Shown here one piece after another: positions 24,215 through 37,830 of a stretch of 64,000 nt of DNA (the first letter of the stretch is position 1; the number at the start of each line of letters is the position of its first letter). The notes under the pieces were generated by a model. The model was not told where the DNA came from, made no database searches, and saw nothing but the letters and a program-made list of their open reading frames with translations. The stretch is taken from the NCBI GenBank assembly GCA_028534125.1, contig CM052818.1:30258001-30322000 (forward strand). The letters are read 5' to 3'. Origin of the DNA: Lama glama. Its lineage: Eukaryota. The translations under genes were made by a program, and so were the position numbers.

Positions 24215-26720
24215 TTTATTTTTTGAGTAGTTTTAGGTTTACAGAAAATTGAATGGGAAGTACAGAGAGTTTCCATCTAATTCTTCACCTCTCCCATTTC
24301 CCCTATGATTAACATCTTGCATTAGTGTGGTATATTTACTATGGCTGATGAACACTGATACGTTATTATTAACATGAGTAGTTCACAGTTCACATTAGGA
24401 TTCACTACTTATGCTGCATATCCACCATTATGGTTTCATACAGAACAGTTTCACTCCCCTAAAAAAATGCTTTCTGAACCATCTATTCATCACCCTCTCC
24501 CTCCCCATGAACCCTCGGCAGCCACTGATCTTATTCAAGCAAGTCATACAGTTGAAATCACACAGTATTAGCCTTTTCGGATTGGCTGCCTCTTTCAGAT
24601 TTTCCTCTATGGCAATATACATTTAAGGTTCCTCTGTGAATTTTCATGGCTTAATAGCTCATTTCTTTTTAGTGCTGAATAATATTTCATTATATGGATA
24701 TACTAGAGTTCTTTTATCATTTACCTACTGAAGAATATCTTGATTGAGTCTAAGTTTTGGCAATTACAAATAAAGCTGCTATAAATATTCCTGTGAGGGG
24801 TTTTGTGTTGACATAAATTTTGACTCATTTGGTCAAATGCTAAGGAGGGTGGAGGGAGAGGGTATTGCTCAGTGAGCGGTAGAGTGTGCGTTGCATGGAT
24901 GAGGTCCTGGGTTCAATCCCCAGTACCTCCATTAAAAGTAAATAAACCCAATTTCGTCCTCTCCTCCACCCCCTGGCTAAAAAAAATATTAAGGAGGGTG
25001 ATTGCTGGATAGTATGTAAAGAGTATGTTTAGTGTTGTAAGAAAGTGGCTGCACCATTTTGCCTTCCTACCAGCAATGAACAGGAGTTCCTATCGCTCTA
25101 CATCCCCACTAGCATTTGATGTTGTCGGTGTTTTGGATTTTAGCCATTCTAATAAGCGTGTGGTGGAATCTTACTGTTGTTTAACTTGCAATGCCCTAGT
25201 GACAAATGATGTTGAGCATTTCTTCATATGCTTATCTGTCCTCTTTATATCTTCTGTGGTGAGGTGTCCATTTAGACCTTTTGCCCATATTTTAATTGGG
25301 TTGTTTTTTATTGTTCAGTTTTACAAGTTCTTTGTATATTTTGGATGCCAGTTCTTTATAATAAGTTTTGCAAAGATTTTCTCCCAGTCTGTGGCTTGTC
25401 CTTTCATTCTCTTAACATCTTTCACAGATACTTTTTTAATTTTAATGAAGTTCAACGTCAGTTTTTTCTTTCAAGGACCATGCTTTTGGTGTTGTATATG
25501 ATAAGCCATCCACCTAGATTTTCTCCTATGTTATCTTCTAGGAGTATTACAGTTTAGTTTGCCTTTTACATTTAGGCCTGTGACTAATTTTGAATTAATT
25601 TTTGTGAAAGGTGTAAAATGTGTCTAGATTCATTTTTTTGCATGTGATGTTGTTCAGTTGTTCCAGCATCATTTGTGGAACAGGCTATCCTCTTTCCAAT
25701 GAATTGCCTATGCTCCTTTGTCAAAACTCAGTTGACTCTATTTGTGTGGGTCTATTTCTGGCATATCTATTCTGTTCCGCTGATCTATTTGTCTGTTCTT
25801 TCACCAGTGATACACTGTCTTGATTACTGTAGCTTTGTAAAAAAAAATCTGTTCAGCTTTGTTGAGATATAAATTGACGTAACGTTATGTAAGTTTAAAG
25901 TGTACAACACGATGATTTGAAACTGCAAAATGTTCACTAAAGAAGGTTAGCTAATACATCCTTCACTTCATATAATTACCATTTTGTTGTTCTTACAGTG
26001 AGAACATTAAAGCTCTACTCTCATAGTAACTTCTGAGTATACAATATAGCAGTGGTAGCTATAGTCATCATGCTGTATATTAGATTCCCAGAACTTAATC
26101 ATCTTATAATTGAAAGTTTGTACCTCTGACTACCACTTCCTCATTTCCCCCACTTCTCAGCCTTTGGCAATCACCATTCTATTCTATCTATGAGTTCGAT
26201 GCTTTTAGATTCCACATGTAAGTAAGCTACACAATATTTGTCTTTCTCTGTCTGACTTATTTCACTTAGCATAATGCTTTCAAGGTCCATCCATGTTGTC
26301 ACAAATGACAGGATCTTCTTCTTTCTTATGGTTGCATAATACTGAATTATACACATATACCACATTTTCTTTATCCATTCATCCATCAGGGGACACTTAG
26401 GTTGTTTCTGTCTTCGCTGCTGTGAATAATGCTGCATGATTACTAAAGCTTTACAGTAAGTCTTGAAGTCAGGAAGTGTCAGTCCTACAACTTTCTTCTT
26501 CTCTAATACTGGGTTGGCTCTTCTGCCTCTCCATATGAACTTTAGAATCAACTTGTCAATATTCACAAAATAACTGGCTGGAGTTTTGACTGGGATTGTG
26601 TTGAATCTAAATATTGACTTGAGAAGAACTGTCATCTTGATAATATTGAGTTTTCCTATTCATTTATGTAAAATATCTCTCCATTTATTTAGATCTTTGA
26701 TTTTTTTCATCAGAGATTTG
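24215..26720 (-). mobile_element. Composite old L1 (L1MA/MB-like), interrupted by a SINE (~24850-24988) and a second L1 3' end (~25850-26437)
   Basis: ORF 26171..26635 resembles a chimeric ORF2 (GLTLPDFKTY..KQPKCP..WIKKMW); degenerate TSD gattactgtagcttt/gattactaaagcttt around the inner L1. Confidence 0.85.
24852..24988 (+). mobile_element. Vic-1-like SINE nested in L1
   Basis: TSD taaggagggtg on both sides. Confidence 0.85.
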
Positions 26721-28758
26721 TCAAAAACTTGAAATATAGTGTTGCTTTTGTGTGGAAAGGTATGTTTTATTTTATTTTATATTCTTCTGTATAGTTTGAA
26801 TTTTTTTTAAAGATTACTATTTGTGATTTTAATAAATTATTTTTAATGTTAAAATATAATTTAAAACATAGTCCTATTTGATATCAGGGAGGTGGACAAG
26901 AGTTTTTTCAATGTCCTTTCCAGTCCATGACTCCATGAATGAGCAAGAGTTAAAGCACTTGCTTTAAGTCATTCTAAGAACAAATTAACTCAAGAATATA
27001 CCTTTAATAGTATTTATCTCCTTGAAGCCAGTTTTAGTGTTAGGTGACTTATTATGATTCTGTGCTTCTATAATGGAATAAAAATTCTATTATACTAAAG
27101 AATGAATTAGTTCATCATGATGCCTGCCATACTCAACTTTCCAATTCAGCCCAGCAATGTTCCCATGTGGTCCATGAAAGCCCCCCACTGTGGGGAATTA
27201 AGAATAAAACTGATTTGTTGCACAATGGAGGTGCTTTATGAAATAAGTCTGACCCACTCACAGGCTTACCATGATCCATTTTATGGGTCTATTGTGAAAA
27301 GCTGAGGTAGAATAATCATATTTCCTTTCTTGGGAATCTGAACTGTAATTAAAAAGATTTTCCAACTGGCAGATATGGAGACAGACAAATAGTCCAAACC
27401 CTGAGGTCTGGCTCTCTCTCAGATGCTGTTCTTCCTCAAGTCCCAATTTAGTACATCTACTAAGGTTTCTGCCCCTCCAAAGGCAAGATTATTCAACTTT
27501 ATATGAAATAATTTGCAACTAGCATTTTCATATTATTCCAGCTTATTCAAATATTATGTTACTACCATGGAAATATGCCTAAATGTAAATTCATATGCTG
27601 TTTGATCTCACTTTCCACTTTAGATGTCTTCCCTAAACCCTATGGGTGAAGCAGAAGCTGAATAACTTGCAGCACAGTCCAAATATTTCCTTAGTACCCT
27701 TACAATTTTAGATATATTTTTGTACCCTAAAAAGCATAGCACTTGATAAATACTAAAATCCATACTCAAGAATTAGGTGGCAGCTCTAGCACTGAGGAGG
27801 CAGTCTAATCTTAGGAATCTTATTTCATTTCCTAGATCTACCACTTAACTATAATCTTGAGCAAGAAATTTAGGTCTGAGGACCAGTTTCTTTATCAATG
27901 AATGGACTAGATGACTGCTAAGATCATTTTCAGGTCTAGTTTAAGAATCCTTTCAACAAGTATTTTTTTGTCAATACTCAGTCTGCTGCATTTACTACTC
28001 TTACATAACCCAAGGCAAAGTTAGCCCAAAATATAAGCTACAATATGTTTCTCCAAAGTGTGGCCTGAGATGGCACAAAAGATAAATTTAGTTCATATAA
28101 GGACAAATGCTTTTTATTTCAATAGTTCTCTGATTATTTCATTGTGTATTAGCAAAATTTCAATTAGTTTATTAAACCAGTGATTTCATGTACACTGCTG
28201 CTTAGAATGAGCAAGAGGTAAAACAAAGAGCGCTGACCTGAAAAATACCAAGTTCCAGTATAGTTGGTACTCACAAGTAATAAACACCATGAAGGTAGTA
28301 TGAGAATGACTGAGACTATGGACAGATAAAGCCACACAACCTTTACACGTTCATTTAAAAGCACATTCATCACAATGTGCCATGCAACATCTGTTTTCAC
28401 TACATTTTGTAAATGAGTCCATTAAGACTTGAAGACTCAGGGAGAAAAGAAATAACTGATCCAGAGTGGATCCTAAGATATGTTTTTTACTATATTATTA
28501 GAACAGCACCAAATATGCAATCTGTTAACTGTGAAAATCCAAAACAATGCTAAGTATGGAAAATCAAATATTTATTATTAATTGCAAGGTTACATAACTT
28601 CCTTAGTGAGTTTAAAAAAAAGGGATGGATGGTTAGGTCTCTACCCATCATTCAACAAATTCCTACTTACATTGATGACTTAGTATTATTGAAAATAATT
28701 GTTTTAAAAATTATTATTTAAACTTAAAGAATAATTTTATCTTAATTTCTCTTTTCTA

Positions 28759-29055
<297 letters not shown>

Positions 29056-29302
29056 TTATTATAATATTAAATCTAAGCTCTATGTAACATAGCCATTTGT
29101 ATGTTAACTGTGAAACTATAGTTAAATCAGTAAAGCAACCATTTTCTACACTTACAATAATTGAACACCATCAATATGTAAATAAAAAATAAATATGTAA
29201 ACTAGACAAGATATTTATTACCTATTTCACTCATGATATATTTCATAAATGGAAAAAAATTTTAAACCTCATGAAATAAAACACTTCAGATGACAAAACT
29301 TA

Positions 29303-29455
<153 letters not shown>

Positions 29456-29534
29456 TTAATGTGAAAACATAACATAATGTTTACACTTTTCATATGTGAA
29501 TTAACCTTAATGTTCACAGAATTAAAGGCTTAAA

Positions 29535-29590
29535 AGTATATATGTATACACACACACACACACACACACACAGACATATATATATATAAA
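29535..29590. repeat. (TA)n(CA)n compound microsatellite in intron 5
   Basis: tatatatgtata(ca)~12gacatatatatata. Confidence 0.9.
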
Positions 29591-30081
29591 AATCCAAAAA
29601 TTAAATATTTATTCCAAGACAAAATGGTATTCACTATAGAACTACATTTGGCATGAAAGTGGATTTATAGGATTTTATCCAGAGAGATTTAGTTACTATA
29701 AAATAAAAAGACTCCATGACAATGCAGTCATATAATTTTGATCCTTCTTAGGATTGTAACAAAACTCTAGGTATGTTTAATTTTATAAAACATTTACGTA
29801 GATTTAAATAATTAAAAGAATAACAAATTTAAAATGAACTATATAGCATTATATAAAACAGATTGGATGAGCAAACTTACTATAAACAGCCTAATTAGGA
29901 CCAAAAGGAATTAAAATAAGATTTGCTTTTTAGTAGCAAGTTGCCTTTGCCTAAAAACACTCAGATATTTTAAATCAAATTTTAAAGAAAGAAAAATGAC
30001 ATTTAATGTTGTGGTGACTTATCAATTCTCTAAGGTATTATAAAGTACTTGTAACAAAGTTAAGCAAGCATACCATGTTCA

Positions 30082-30405
<324 letters not shown>

Positions 30406-30581
30406 CTAGCATTTTTTTTTCACTTCAGCAATATTTCAAAATAAGATTTCAATTAGAATATATAGTAGGGTGTTCATAAGGGCTGTTACTAGGTGTGGAC
30501 AAGATAACAGTTACTTATCTTTTTCCTTGTGTATATTCTAGTTTTCTTATGAGGAATATGTATTTGTAATAAAAATAACTT

Positions 30582-30755
30582 TGGAAAGGAGGGTATAGCT
30601 TAATGGTAGAGTGTATGCTTATCACGCACAAGGTCCTGGGTTCAAGCCCCAGGACCTCCACTTAAAAAAATAATGGTAATAATAAGTAAATAAACCTAAT
30701 TACTCCCCCAAAACAAACAAAAAAATACAAAAACAATTAAAAATTTAAAAAAAAA
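30582..30755 (+). mobile_element. Vic-1-like SINE
   Basis: A/B boxes, taaacctaattactccccc tail. Confidence 0.85.
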
Positions 30756-30979
30756 CTTCATTTGTGGGGAATAGGAGGAAGATATAAAAAGGTTACCAAG
30801 CAAATAAAGTTGCCAAAAATTCAAGAAACAAAACACAGTAAAGGCATTAGGGATAGGTTGTACAGAGGAAAAAAAAATAGCACTTGTTCCAAACTTTTAA
30901 GACTACAAAATAGAATAAAAGTCCAGTCTGTGTCATTAAAAGAGTTTTAAAAATAATTTTAATTTAAAGTGCTTAAAGC

Positions 30980-31085
30980 AGGGAGGGTAAAGTACACACT
31001 CTGCACGCAAGAGATCCTGGGTTCAATTCCCAGTATCTGCCCATTAAATAAATAAATAAACCTAATCACCTCCCCTCCCAAAAAA
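30980..31085 (+). mobile_element. Vic-1-like SINE (internally deleted 5' part)
   Basis: gtcctgggttcaattcccagta-like core and taaacctaatcacctcccc tail. Confidence 0.75.
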
Positions 31086-32424
31086 GGGTATAAAGATGTG
31101 GTTTTTAACATGCCAAATATGTTATGTTATCCGTATGTAAATAAACAGTAAGTATAAAAGGTCACCTGACCTACTTAGAGTGTGCTCTTCTACATAAATT
31201 ACACACTTCTGAATGTCCAAATCTCACTGCTTCTAAATGATATTTTTATATACTATATAACAAACATTACAGTTTATTAATAAAATATTTACTGTGAAGA
31301 CAGATGTTAATCAGTCAGCAAATCAGAGTAGCCTAGAGAAAAGAAAGACTTATTTTTGCCTTTGTCATCAAATTCCTTAATATAGTTTAAGGAAATGCAA
31401 AAGGAGGAAACATTAAAGCATAGGAAATTAATCAAGGGGTTTTTCCAGTGAATAAATGCAAAGTTCTGAACCATACGTTTAAGGAACTAATGGATAATGA
31501 CCCTAAGAGAAGAAGCAGGAAAGCAATCCAGAAAAGGGAATGACAATAAGGAAAAGTAAAGATGTAAATAAAAGCAAGATCTGTCTAGGGTGATGGTAAG
31601 TATTATACATTTCAGACGGAAAAAAGGAGACTGGAGAATTTCTTCAGACAGAAAATACACACAGTCCTGAGTTATAAATGGATAGAAATTTTCACAAGGA
31701 ACTGTGAGAATGATAGCAGACTTTTCATAAAAATAACAAAGTTCAGTAGGCAACAGAGTATGCTCAAAATGCTGACAGAAAAAAAAATGTTAACTTTTAT
31801 CTATTCTATAGTAAGGTGATCTGTCATGTAAGAACACAGATATTATCAGACATCAGAAAGGCTAAGAGAATTTACTAGCTACAAACCCTCATTAAAAGTA
31901 TTGCTAACTATAACTCAATAAAAAAAAGTTTAAAAAAAAAGTACTGCTAAAGGAATTCTTTCAGTTAAAAAGCAGATTAAACACAGAAATGAGTAAAAAA
32001 AACTGTAATATGAAGTTAGCAAGAAGAAAATCAGACAACATGTAGGGAGGAAAAATCCAAAAAGAAAAATAGAGTATACTATTTGGCTATGGGTAAACAA
32101 TATTTACTAAGTTACAATAATGTGAAATGTAATTTTTCAATGTAACTGGAAATAGTGATAATAATGGAGATGAAGAATAATCATGGCATAAGAGAACTAG
32201 GACTTCTTCTACCTGAAAAAGAAGCCAATACCTACCAAAACCCAACAAATCAGGAATAGCAATACAAGCATAATATTTGAAACTATAGTAAAAGCATAAG
32301 AAAAAACAGCAAAGAGTTAAATATTGTATGAGGAGCCAAACTAAGGATGAAGGTAAAAAAAGGGAGATGTAACAGGTAGGAAGGGGAACATTATTTTCTT
32401 TATAAACCTTTCAGTATTTATTTT

Positions 32425-33010
32425 TATTAAACATTTTGGGGTATAATCTCTGAATAATAAATTGCATGCATATAAAATGTGTAGTATATATTGGCAAAAT
32501 AGCCACTAAAATCAAGATACAAAATGTTTTCGTCATGGCCAAAGTTTCCTTGTATCCATTTGCACTCCATCCTTCTTACTGCCCCTGACCCTAAGCAGAC
32601 ACTAATCTGCTTTCTGAATACTGGAGTCATCTGATTTATTAATTTCTACTCATCTAGGTTCAAGGTGACTGAATCTTTCATTTGACATATCCAATCTGCT
32701 GTTAATGCTATCCAGTAACTTTTTTTTATTTCAGCAACTGTACTTTTCAACTTTAAAACTTCCATTACTTTTATTTTATAGCTTACATTCTCTGCTAAGA
32801 CTGCAAGTTTGTTAACATATGCCATATTTTCTTTTAATTCTCTGAACATATTTATCATAGCTGCTTTGAAGTCTTTATCTGTTAAATTCAACATTTGGAC
32901 CCAGTCAAGAGTCAGTTTCTACTGACTGATTTTTTTCTTAGGTAAGGGTCACCATTTCCTATTTCTTTGCATGTCTAGTAATTTTAACTTTAAAATTGGA
33001 CATTGTAGGT
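32425..33010 (-). mobile_element. Old L1 fragments (3' end plus ORF1/5' region)
   Basis: ORF 32646..32894 (MLNLTDKDFKAAMINMFRELKE) resembles the N-terminus of ancient L1 ORF1. Confidence 0.7.
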
Positions 33011-33047
33011 AATACATTGAACTAATTAAGTAGACTTTGGCGTATCT

Positions 33048-33131
33048 ATTTCCTATGAGAGATGAAGTAACTCATCCAAGTGAAACAGCATTTCCTATGA
33101 GAGATGAAGTAACTCATCCAAGTGAAACAGC
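33048..33131. repeat. Perfect 42-bp tandem duplication
   Basis: ATTTCCTATGAGAGATGAAGTAACTCATCCAAGTGAAACAGC x2. Confidence 0.97.
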
Positions 33132-34694
33132 ACAGAATGTTCTTTCCATAAGTGGCTGGACACAAATGAACTAGGTATGAATGAGCCAGCTCATTCACTA
33201 AGATTCAACGCTTATCAAACACTAGTCCTGCGTAAATTAGCTGTGAAGTCAGTATGTCCTCCCAACCAGAAAACAGAATACAACTGATAACCAGGGATTT
33301 AAAATAAGACAGTTTGATTTTTTAAAATGGGTCACAGAAGAGAAAGCTGCTTCCTCCTCTCCAACCCCCAACATGGCAGGAAAATACCATGGGATTTTGC
33401 ACGTGGAATAAAGTAGAAGAAAATCAAGATAACAAAGGAAAGGCCTACCAGCTCTACAGGGCTAGAAAATCTTGCTGTTTACCCTGGTAGGATTATTAGG
33501 ATCTCAAATTTGTATTTTGAAAACTTCATTATTTATACATGGTGCATTCTTACATTTCTTTGTTTTTTCAAAATGTTCATTATGAAAATGTCAGCCTTTT
33601 ACAGCCATGCTAATAGAAACAAACAAAATGCTTATCTCTATACTTGAAATGGTATTTTAAATCAGGTACAGGAAGGAATGGGAAAAGGAATATAGCTACT
33701 GAGGTGGGGCTCTGTATGGGAAGACCAAATCAGAGTGAGAACTCCTCAAGGGCGAGGTGAAGCCATGAGGGAAAGTTGATGACCAACTGTCTCTTCCAGC
33801 CACAGAAATCCACTCACACTACTTCTTCTTTATTGAAATCTTACTTAAAAAAATTACATATGACTAAAGAAAGCAGCTATCTTACAGTCTAAATTAAGGT
33901 TTTTCCACTGCAATTTGAACAAAGGAATACGTAGGTAAAAAAAATGTAAGCCCTGGACATAGAACTAATTCTGACAAAGTCACCAATAACATTAGCCAAG
34001 ATGTCAGAGAACCTAGGAAATGAAGATTCCCCCTGACTCAAATAAAACAACAACAAAAAAAAGCATTTAATTTTCTATAGGAGTTTATGTGATACCCAAA
34101 GCTCATGGAAAACCAATTTAACCCACAGTAAGTAATAGTATTCTAATGTTTCTCCTCACTAGGTGAACTCAGTTTCAAATTTTTTTCTGACAGGTACCAT
34201 GATAAAAACATTCACTTATCGTATATATGAAAATGTATGTATGCTGAAAATTGGTATTTAACAAAAAAAATTAAAATTTCTGCCTCAATAAACAGTACTT
34301 CATAAAATCTTGGCACCTACAAAAAAGCATAAAATCTCAAAATAAAACAGAAACAAAAGAGTATCTTAATAATTTAGGAAAATTGACACAACATTGTAAA
34401 ATGATTATAAATCAATAAAAAATGTTAAAAAAATAATTTAGGAAAATGAACCTTCATATTTTACAATCTCAAAAACTGGAGGTTGCAAAATATACAAATA
34501 AAACATGCTGAGAATGGCTATATCCTATTTGTTACATGTTTACACACCATGAATGATAGGGATACTGTATTTCCCACACAGCCATGTGAAAACAAAAGCC
34601 AATCAAATCCCTATTCTAAAATCAAATCAACATTATCAGGCGCTACTTTACATGCAAGCTCTATTATCTTACGTGTTAGTTAACCTAAACCCAC

Positions 34695-34790
34695 CTGACT
34701 GAAGATGTCCGTTGCGGCATGTCAAGTTAGTACTGTCATTATAGACGTCCGTTTGTGACTTGGAAAATTGCAAAACTGGTTGCAGCTTCT
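34695..34790 (-). CDS. SPAST: SPAST exon 4 (96 nt, known alternatively spliced in-frame cassette: [31 protein letters not shown])
   Basis: gcatag|AGAAGC acceptor, TCAG|gtgggt donor. Confidence 0.96.
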
Positions 34791-36589
34791 CTATGCAACA
34801 GAGGGGTGTAAAAAAGAACAAAATAAACAAAAAGGAAAAAATACATAACGGAAAAAATAAAATGTATTCGTGAAAATGAAAAGTGATTCAAGGTGTTACA
34901 AAGTTGTCATATGACACGGGTTTTTGCATTCATATAAAATTATCTTAAAAATATAATTAGTAAAAATGAAGACATTAAGATAGCAACAGAAATGAACACA
35001 TGAATGACCATGTTCAAAATAAGCCTTATTCAGGTTTGGTAATCTGAGGCAATTTTGTGTCACTGCCATCACCATTTTCTGAATATCTAATATGTCCAAA
35101 TCATTGTGTAGGGAGAGCATCATGGAGACAGAAAGAGAACATTAAAAAGGCTTTACCAAGGAAGTGGGCTGTGAGTTGGCTACGAACTGAAAAGATAAAA
35201 GGAAAGGAGAAATGACCTACAAGGAAACTATAAGGAGTGTCTAGGAAATGCCATATTCAGCTACATTAACATATGTTAGGCAAAAGGTGAAGGCAATAAA
35301 GCAGAATGGAATAAGCAAGCTGCAGAACTATGCGTATAGTATCCTACCACTTATTTAAATACACACGTGTGTATACTTGAATGTATGAAAATCATCTCTA
35401 AAAATGACCCAGAGAAAGTGGTAATACCAGCTGCCTCTTGGGAGGGGAAATGAGTGGCTGGGGCACAGTATGGGATGGATGCTTCTCATATTTAAACTTT
35501 TGAAATTCCGTGGCATGTGCCTATATTACCTATTTTAAATTAATCAAGATTTTAAAGTATAATATCAACTCTACCCCCACTTCAAATAACAGCAAACCCT
35601 CTCAAGATCTGGGTCATTATGTCTAGCACTCAAAACCCAAGAGGGTAGCCTCCTTGCCATTTTCCGTCACTGCTGTACTCTCTTTGCCCAGTCAAGTCAA
35701 TCCATGTGGCTAGTTGACACCCTGTTCCACCATTTACACACTAATACAAACTTGCTTTAGTGTCAGCTTTCTGAGGGTCTCATACATGAAGTATCTATTC
35801 TGTGCCTCATTCATAATAGGGGCCCAATTTGACCACATGCACTTTGTTGAAATACTACAAGTTACCATTACTGATTCTTTTCTCCGTTACTAAGAAGTCA
35901 ATGAACACATGCAAATATGTCACACATACATAGCAACTCTCCTAAGCTTTCATTTCTAAGGTCAGACAAGCAGGCGCCATGCTTGGTTTTTGGTACAACG
36001 ACACATGCCTTTGGGACAGGTTAAATAGCAGCTACCCTTCCTGCACAAAGCACAAAGTACTGCACAGCTTTTGTATCCTAGAACCGGCTGATACAATATA
36101 CCTTGGAGCCCTTTTTTTGGTTAGTTAACAAGCAGGTCATCTGATTTTCCTCAATGATAATACTCTTCAAATCACCATACTGAGAAAGAAACCATTTGTG
36201 TTGGTAAAAGACATAAATTAGAAAAAATTGATTTGTAAATGTCTTCTTTATCAATTAACACTTTCTTCATTGCAATTTAACAAAAAGTTCATGTAAACAT
36301 TCATCATATAGTAAAAATAAACAGAAATTAAATCTTTAGTTTTGATAACTAATATAACTAATAACTAAGAATAAAAAGCCACAGGACTTGTTTTTTGAAT
36401 GTGTAGCATTTAGACGTTTTATGTGCAGGGAAACACACACACGTACACTAGCAGGACACAGCTAATGTGACTCTGTTCCAATTCAATTTTTGTTGTTGTA
36501 GAAAGTAAACTTAGTTTAATGCTTTCTTTTAGAGTGACTGAAAGTTCTGTTGATTAACCAATGATTTAAAATAAATCACCTTGCTTCTT

Positions 36590-37830
36590 GATCCCTTCAC
36601 ATGCAATCCCCACACAATCATCTCAGTGATCTACTTGTGAGGGAAATCTTACCACATAACTTTTCTGCTTAAAGCCCTTTAGCAGCTTCCCACTGCCCAC
36701 AGATTAGCACTCAAGCTCCTTTATATAATGAACAGGGCCCTTCATGATCTGCCTACATTTCCTATGCCTGAGCAATCACAAATTCATGTCTCTACCAGCA
36801 CCCTGCTTTTCCTTGTCCCTGAATCTATGTCCATGCTCTTACTTCCTCCTGAAACATCTTTTCTCCCAAACATTCTTTAATAATTTTTATTCATCTTTTT
36901 TAATCCCCACTTTAGGCTTCACTCTTTCCAGGAAGACTTCTCAGACACCTATTTTCTCATCCCTACAAAATATTTGTCTATCTCCAATTGACAGTGATGA
37001 TATCTATGTCTGCCTCACCCACTATATCATGAGAGCCTTAAAGAGAGGAGCGTTTTATCCAACCTATCAGTAACTCTGTTTGTTCAACCTTCAAATATAA
37101 TCATAATCCAATCACTCGTTACTCTAAGTTTCCATCATTTTTCTCCTCGTTTACTGCAAAAGTGGTCCTTCTTGTCCTCCTTGGTTCTATTCTCGGAACA
37201 TAACATACCCTTGTAACATAACAGCCAGGGTGTTCCTTTTTAAATTTAAGTCAGATGATGTCCTTTAGTAAAGGAATTTCCTAAAAATCCTTATAACTGC
37301 TCCCTACTTCACAGGTGGTAAAAGCTCATATCTTCATAGTGGCCTGTAAGATCCTGCATGTTGTGATGACCTCCCCCCCATAAATTCTCTGACCTCGTAT
37401 CTACCATACTTTCCTTGCTGTGGCACACTGGTCTCTTTGATGCTTTTCAAACATACCAGGTGTGTTTTCCTAAGGTTTTGTACTGGCTCTTACTTCTCTT
37501 TGGACCATTCTTCTTCCAGATACCTGCAAGGCTAACGGATGTCAACTTCTCAAAGAGGCATACTCTGATCATTCTATTTAAAACTAAAAATCCAAACCAC
37601 CTCCCATATACTCCTAATCTTCCTTACTGTGTTGTATGTTTTCTTTTTTCTGTGTATTTATCACCTACTAACATGTGGTGTAACTTTTTTATTCTTTATG
37701 TTTACTGACTACTGTCAGTCTTCTCCTTGCTGGAATATAAACTCAATGACAGAGGGATCCTTATCGATATCAAGAAGTGCCTAGAATACGGTAATCACCC
37801 AACAAATATTTGCTGAGTTAATAAATAAAT
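36590..37830 (+). mobile_element. L2 fragments (two adjacent)
   Basis: ctgcttaaagccc, cctttttaaatttaagtcagatgatgtc, 3' end caacaaatatttgctgagttaa. Confidence 0.6.

Noticed and set aside
23555..26635. ORFs of 148-158 aa (23555..24001, 25025..25501, 26171..26635)
   Set aside because: Translations of L1 remnants (sense or antisense); not independent genes.
33048..33131. Direct repeat considered as CRISPR-like
   Set aside because: Two adjacent copies, no spacers, eukaryotic intron.
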